Positions 60,270 through 64,000 of a stretch of DNA of 64,000 bases are shown piece after piece. The notes beneath the pieces were generated by a model. That model made no database searches, was not told the origin of the DNA, and saw only the letters and a list, made by a program, of their open reading frames with translations. Position numbers and translations under genes: made by a program. The stretch covers positions 160,001 to 224,000 of the forward strand of contig CAWKBC010000021.1 of NCBI GenBank assembly GCA_963847705.1, read 5' to 3'. The stretch comes from an uncultured Pseudomonadota bacterium. Lineage in GTDB: Bacteria; Myxococcota_A; Polyangia; Fen-1088. Position 1 is the first letter of the stretch. Each line of letters starts with the position of its first letter.

Positions 60270-61058
60270 CTACATCAGCGAGAACGGATACGAGATCACC
60301 TGGCTCATGTTCGACGCCGGGAACCGCAGGCCGCCCACCACGCCCTTGATGCAGCCGGTGAGCCCGCCCTTGTGCAGGATGACCGGCGCCTCGACCTGCA
60401 CGCCCTTCACGGCGCCCTTGGCCTGGATGCGGAACCTCACGGTGACGCGGCCCGGGACGTCGGTGTACTCGTCGGGCCGCGCGCGCGCGATGCAACCGAG
60501 CACGGCGTCCTCCTTCGTGCGGAAGCGCGCGTCGATCTCGTCCTGCGACAGCTCGTGCCCGACGGCGTCCTTCGAGAAGTCGAGGCGCTGGTTCTCGGCC
60601 CGGGACAGGTCCTCGCCCTGCCAGACGATCTTGAGATCGGCGGGGCGCAGCTTGACCGGCTCGGGCTCGGCGAGGGGCTGACGCCGCCCGCCGCCCGACG
60701 CGGGGGCCGGTGACGAGAGCGTGCCGAACACCTCCGAAGGCGCCGCCTCGGTCGTGGAGGCGCCGCCCGGCGCGAGCGGGGCCGGCGGCCGGTCTTCCGG
60801 CGGCGGCGGTGCGAGAGCCGGCGACGTGCCTTCGCCGCCAGCCGCTTCGTCCGATGGTGGCGAGGCGACGAAGGCCTCGTTGCGCGCGAGTCGCCGCGCG
60901 CCGCGCTTCCGCCGTCGTCGACGGTCCTTGCCGTCCTTGGCGGGCGCGCCGGCAGCCGCGACGACCGGCTTGGCGGGCGCCTGGAGGGACCGCCGCCAGT
61001 AGAAGACGCCGGCGAAGCCCGCGGCGGCGAAGACGACCAACAGCAAGAACCCCTTCAA
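60270..61058 (-). CDS. AgmX/PglI (TonB C-terminal-like) domain membrane protein
   Basis: N-terminal TM, Pro-rich linker, C..GRVTVRFRI..G.V...GCI...LRFP...ISYPF. Confidence 0.75.
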   Translation of the reverse strand: MKGFLLLVVFAAAGFAGVFYWRRSLQAPAKPVVAAAGAPAKDGKDRRRRRKRGARRLARNEAFVASPPSDEAAGGEGTSPALAPPPPEDRPPAPLAPGGASTTEAAPSEVFGTLSSPAPASGGGRRQPLAEPEPVKLRPADLKIVWQGEDLSRAENQRLDFSKDAVGHELSQDEIDARFRTKEDAVLGCIARARPDEYTDVPGRVTVRFRIQAKGAVKGVQVEAPVILHKGGLTGCIKGVVGGLRFPASNMSQVISYPFSLM

Positions 61059-61103
61059 TGGCCTGGACGGAGCCTACCGGAGGTCATTGAGCAAGGCGAG
61101 GGG

Positions 61104-61931
61104 TCAGCGCTGGTCTGCCGGATCCCAGCCGGTGACGAGCCCTTCTTCCAGCGCGTCGAGCTCGGCCATCGCTCGCTCGTCGAGCGTGAAGTCGAAGAGG
61201 CGCGCGTTCTCGGCGATGCGCGACGGTCTGGTCGACTTCGGCAGGACGACGTTGCCGTGCTGCACGCTCCAGCGCAGCAAGACCTGCGCGACCGTCCGAC
61301 CGACGCGGCGGGCGATCTCCGCGAGAACCGGGTGATCCAGCCGACGTCCGTGCGTGAGCGGGCTGTAGGCCTCGACGACGATGCCGCGCTGCCGGCAGAA
61401 GGCCGTGGTGTCGCGCCGCTGCAGGAACGGGGTCAGCTCGATCTGATTGACGGCGGGGCCGTGCCTGGCGACGCCGAGCAGCTCTTCCAGGTGAGGCACC
61501 AGGAAGTTGCTCACCCCGATCGATCGGGCGCGCTTCTCCTCGTAGAGGCGCTCCAGCGCCCGCCACGAATCCAGCCGTTTGCCGGCGACCGGCCAGTGCA
61601 GGAGGTAGAGGTCGACGTAGTCCAGGCCCAGGCGCTGCAGACTGGCGTCGAAGGCGCGCAGCGCGTGATCGTAGCCCTGGTCGTCGTTCCAGAGCTTGGT
61701 CGTCACGAACAGCTGCTCGCGCGCCACGCCGCTGGCGCGGATGCCGGCGCCGACGTCCTTCTCGTTGCCGTAGATGCGCGCGGTGTCGACGTGGCGATAG
61801 CCGACGCGCAGCGCCTCCGACACCGCCTGGCGCGCCGTCGCGCCGGCCGGCGTCTGCCAGACGCCGAGCCCGACCTGCGGAATCACGGCGCCCGAAGGCA
61901 GGGGGAGGGTGGCGGTGGTTGCGTCGATCAT
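61104..61931 (-). CDS. aldo/keto reductase
   Basis: GYRHVDTA..YGNE, TTKLW, DLYLLHWP, IGVSNF, AYSPL, LPKS. Confidence 0.94.
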   Translation of the reverse strand: MIDATTATLPLPSGAVIPQVGLGVWQTPAGATARQAVSEALRVGYRHVDTARIYGNEKDVGAGIRASGVAREQLFVTTKLWNDDQGYDHALRAFDASLQRLGLDYVDLYLLHWPVAGKRLDSWRALERLYEEKRARSIGVSNFLVPHLEELLGVARHGPAVNQIELTPFLQRRDTTAFCRQRGIVVEAYSPLTHGRRLDHPVLAEIARRVGRTVAQVLLRWSVQHGNVVLPKSTRPSRIAENARLFDFTLDERAMAELDALEEGLVTGWDPADQR

Positions 61932-62009
61932 GGCCAGGTTCTGACATCCGGCGGTTGCGAGCGCCACGTCGGTTCCCTCAGCGAGGCGACCCCGCGCCTG
62001 GCGCGACCG

Positions 62010-62731
62010 TCACCGATTCAACGCCATCATCTCGGGGTAATGGTAGACGTCCGATTTCGCCGGCGGGTTCAGCGAGGTCGCGATCATCGCCCTGGCGATC
62101 TGCTCGACGGTGATCGATCGGTATTTCGCCGGCGTCACCAGGGAGAACAGAGGAAGCACCTTCTCGAGCAGCCACGGTGTGTGTTGCGATCCGATGATCA
62201 TCGCCGGGCGGAAGATGCTCACGACAGCCGGACCACCCTCCTTGACCGCCTCTTCGGCCTCGCCTTTCACCCGCGCGTAGCGCGCCATCCCGGCGGCGCC
62301 CGCTCCGGTCGCCGCCGCGGTGGGATCGGCGCCGGCGGCGGACATGAACGCCAGGTGTTTCACGCGCCCCGAGGCCTTCAGCCCTCGCGCGAAGGCGGCG
62401 TTCAATTGCACGTCGACCGCGCGATGCGCGTCGAGCGCGAGCCTGGCGGTGCCGGCCCCGACGCCCAGCGCACTCAACCCGACGATGGGGCCTTCGAGCG
62501 AACGAACGGCCTCCCGGGTCGCAGTCTCCAGACTGGCCGGATCCATGGCGGGAACGAGCGTCTCGCGCAGCTCGACACCCGCCTCACCTGCCATCGCGAT
62601 CTGAGCGGGCTGCGAACGGCGCCCCAGCGTCACGATGGGTGTGAACGAGCCATTGCGAATCAGCTCCGTGATGAGCGCGGTGCCGACCGATCCCGATGCC
62701 CGAGAACCATCGCCGCCTGCCTGCCCGACAT
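62010..62731 (-). pseudogene. NAD(P)H-binding oxidoreductase (YraR/TIP30-like), frameshifted near 62699 (possibly sequencing error)
   Basis: MSGRQAAMVLG joins ASGSVGTAL...TLGRR if one G is added; YARVKGEAE, IFRP. Confidence 0.78.
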
Positions 62732-62762
62732 GAAATGCCTTTCGTCGACGGGGCGAGGCCCG

Positions 62763-63278
62763 TCAGCGCTGCCAACCCCGAAGCACCTTCTCCATCCGCA
62801 CCACCGGCACCGAGACTCCCGCGGAGGCCAGAGGCTCGGGGCCACCGAGCGCGCGAAAGCCGGCGCGGGCGTAGAACGGGACCGCGTTCAGGGACATCGC
62901 GCCATGGAGGCGCTTGCCGCGACGCCGTCGAACGCGACGTTCGGTCTCGCCGAGCAACAGGCTGCCGACCCCGCGCTGCTGGACATCGCCTTCCACGAAC
63001 AGGGCGCGCAGCCGGTCCGTGGCGGGATCGAATTGCGCGAAGCCGACCGGCGTCTCCTCTTGCACCGCGACGAGCGACTCGAACGGGCCCAGCGCCTCGG
63101 CGAACAGGCCCTGCGCGTAGGTCAGGAACACCGCCCTTCGCTGGGCTGGGCTGTAGTGTTCACGGCAGCCGCGCTCGACGGCCCGCTCGATCAAGCCGAG
63201 GACCGCGGCGACCTCCTCGAAGCGGATCGGTCGCAATTCGAGCGAGGGCGTTCGTATCGGCGCGGAGGTGGCTGACAT
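62763..63278 (-). CDS. GNAT family acetyltransferase
   Basis: LFV...QQRGVGSLL, SLNAVPFY..AGF. Confidence 0.88.
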   Translation of the reverse strand: MSATSAPIRTPSLELRPIRFEEVAAVLGLIERAVERGCREHYSPAQRRAVFLTYAQGLFAEALGPFESLVAVQEETPVGFAQFDPATDRLRALFVEGDVQQRGVGSLLLGETERRVRRRRGKRLHGAMSLNAVPFYARAGFRALGGPEPLASAGVSVPVVRMEKVLRGWQR

Positions 63279-63465
63279 CACTGGGCCGGCGCCGCGGGCG
63301 CGGCGCGCCGCCTGATCTTAGCTCGTGACCGGCCGGAAGGCCGACTGGCCGGCGGATCCTCCGACATGGCCGAATCCCTCACCGAGCTCCGAGTCGACAA
63401 CCGCTCTGCGGGGGCGGAATGCCCTGACGAGGAGATTCGCCCCGTTCGATCCCGTCGGCGCTGCG

Positions 63466-64000
63466 CTAGGGCTGCTTCGTCAGGACCGCCGGTCCGACCA
63501 CGGCCGTTCCGACCAGACTCACGGCGTCGAGCGACAGCCCGCTCCCCTGGACACAAAAATTGTTGGTGGTCGAGGTCGTCGAGCCCGCGCGGGTCAAGGT
63601 CACGGTGTCGGCGCCGACGACGTAGGTCCCGGTCGCCGACACGGTCTGTCCATTGAAGGTGAACGTGCAGACGCAGTTCGTGCCCGACACGGCGCAGCCG
63701 GCGCTGGCGTAGGGCGATCCGGGTTGTGACACCAGCGACGAATAGGTCGAGTTGAACACGGCGCAGGTGGTGGCGATCGGCTGCGCGGGCGTGCAGCTCT
63801 GGGGCATGGTGAAGCCGAGGGTGCCGGAGGGGGTCACGCTGGCTGCATAGGTCAGGTCGCTGTTGAACACGTAGCTGCCGCTCTCGTGAAAGGTGGCGGC
63901 GTCGACGGTCTCGTCCGCACAACCGCTCCCCGCGGGGGGCATGGAGAAACAGGTGCTCGCCAGCTGCCAGGTTCCGAGCAGGGTGCCGCCGCAAGCGGCG
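63466..64000 (-). CDS. Cys-rich secreted hypothetical protein (5' end outside window)
   Basis: Frame open to the edge: AACGGTLLGTWQLASTCF...FCVQGSGL. Confidence 0.7.
   Translation of the reverse strand, partial: AACGGTLLGTWQLASTCFSMPPAGSGCADETVDAATFHESGSYVFNSDLTYAASVTPSGTLGFTMPQSCTPAQPIATTCAVFNSTYSSLVSQPGSPYASAGCAVSGTNCVCTFTFNGQTVSATGTYVVGADTVTLTRAGSTTSTTNNFCVQGSGLSLDAVSLVGTAVVGPAVLTKQP

Overview
High-GC bacterial chromosome segment. The Gly/Thr-rich Cys-anchored secreted proteins, AgmX-like protein and Hanks kinase suggest Myxococcota (Polyangia-like); this is inference. Most of the window is accessory metabolism and regulation: an SNF2 fragment, ArsR/SRPBCC pairs, Prc protease, SDR/TetR pairs, PhaZ, CE2/GH44/GH3 carbohydrate enzymes, a desaturase, a Rieske oxygenase, phosphoketolase and TopB. 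About 33-51 kb is a stress/defence-like region with a kinase, stand-alone LigD ligase, TA genes, HNH nuclease, MazG-like enzyme, SauUSI-like PLD-helicase-DUF3427, a WYL regulator and recA. Best leads: (1) a short RF1-like release factor lacking domain 1, with an altered PxT motif, whose frame is broken at the prfB-type +1 frameshift signal CTT-TGA-C; (2) a WYL regulator and recA sharing a TGAC-N7-GTCA box, with the recA promoter matching the mycobacterial PafBC/RecA-NDp spacing and a small ORF coupled to recA; (3) two unannotated, strongly self-complementary intergenic RNA candidates (about 350 nt at 3.4-3.75 kb and about 115 nt at 49.5 kb). Five other frameshifts fall in G/C homopolymers and are probably sequencing errors. 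No tRNA, rRNA or CRISPR array was seen. All calls are by eye; no searches or folding programs were run.
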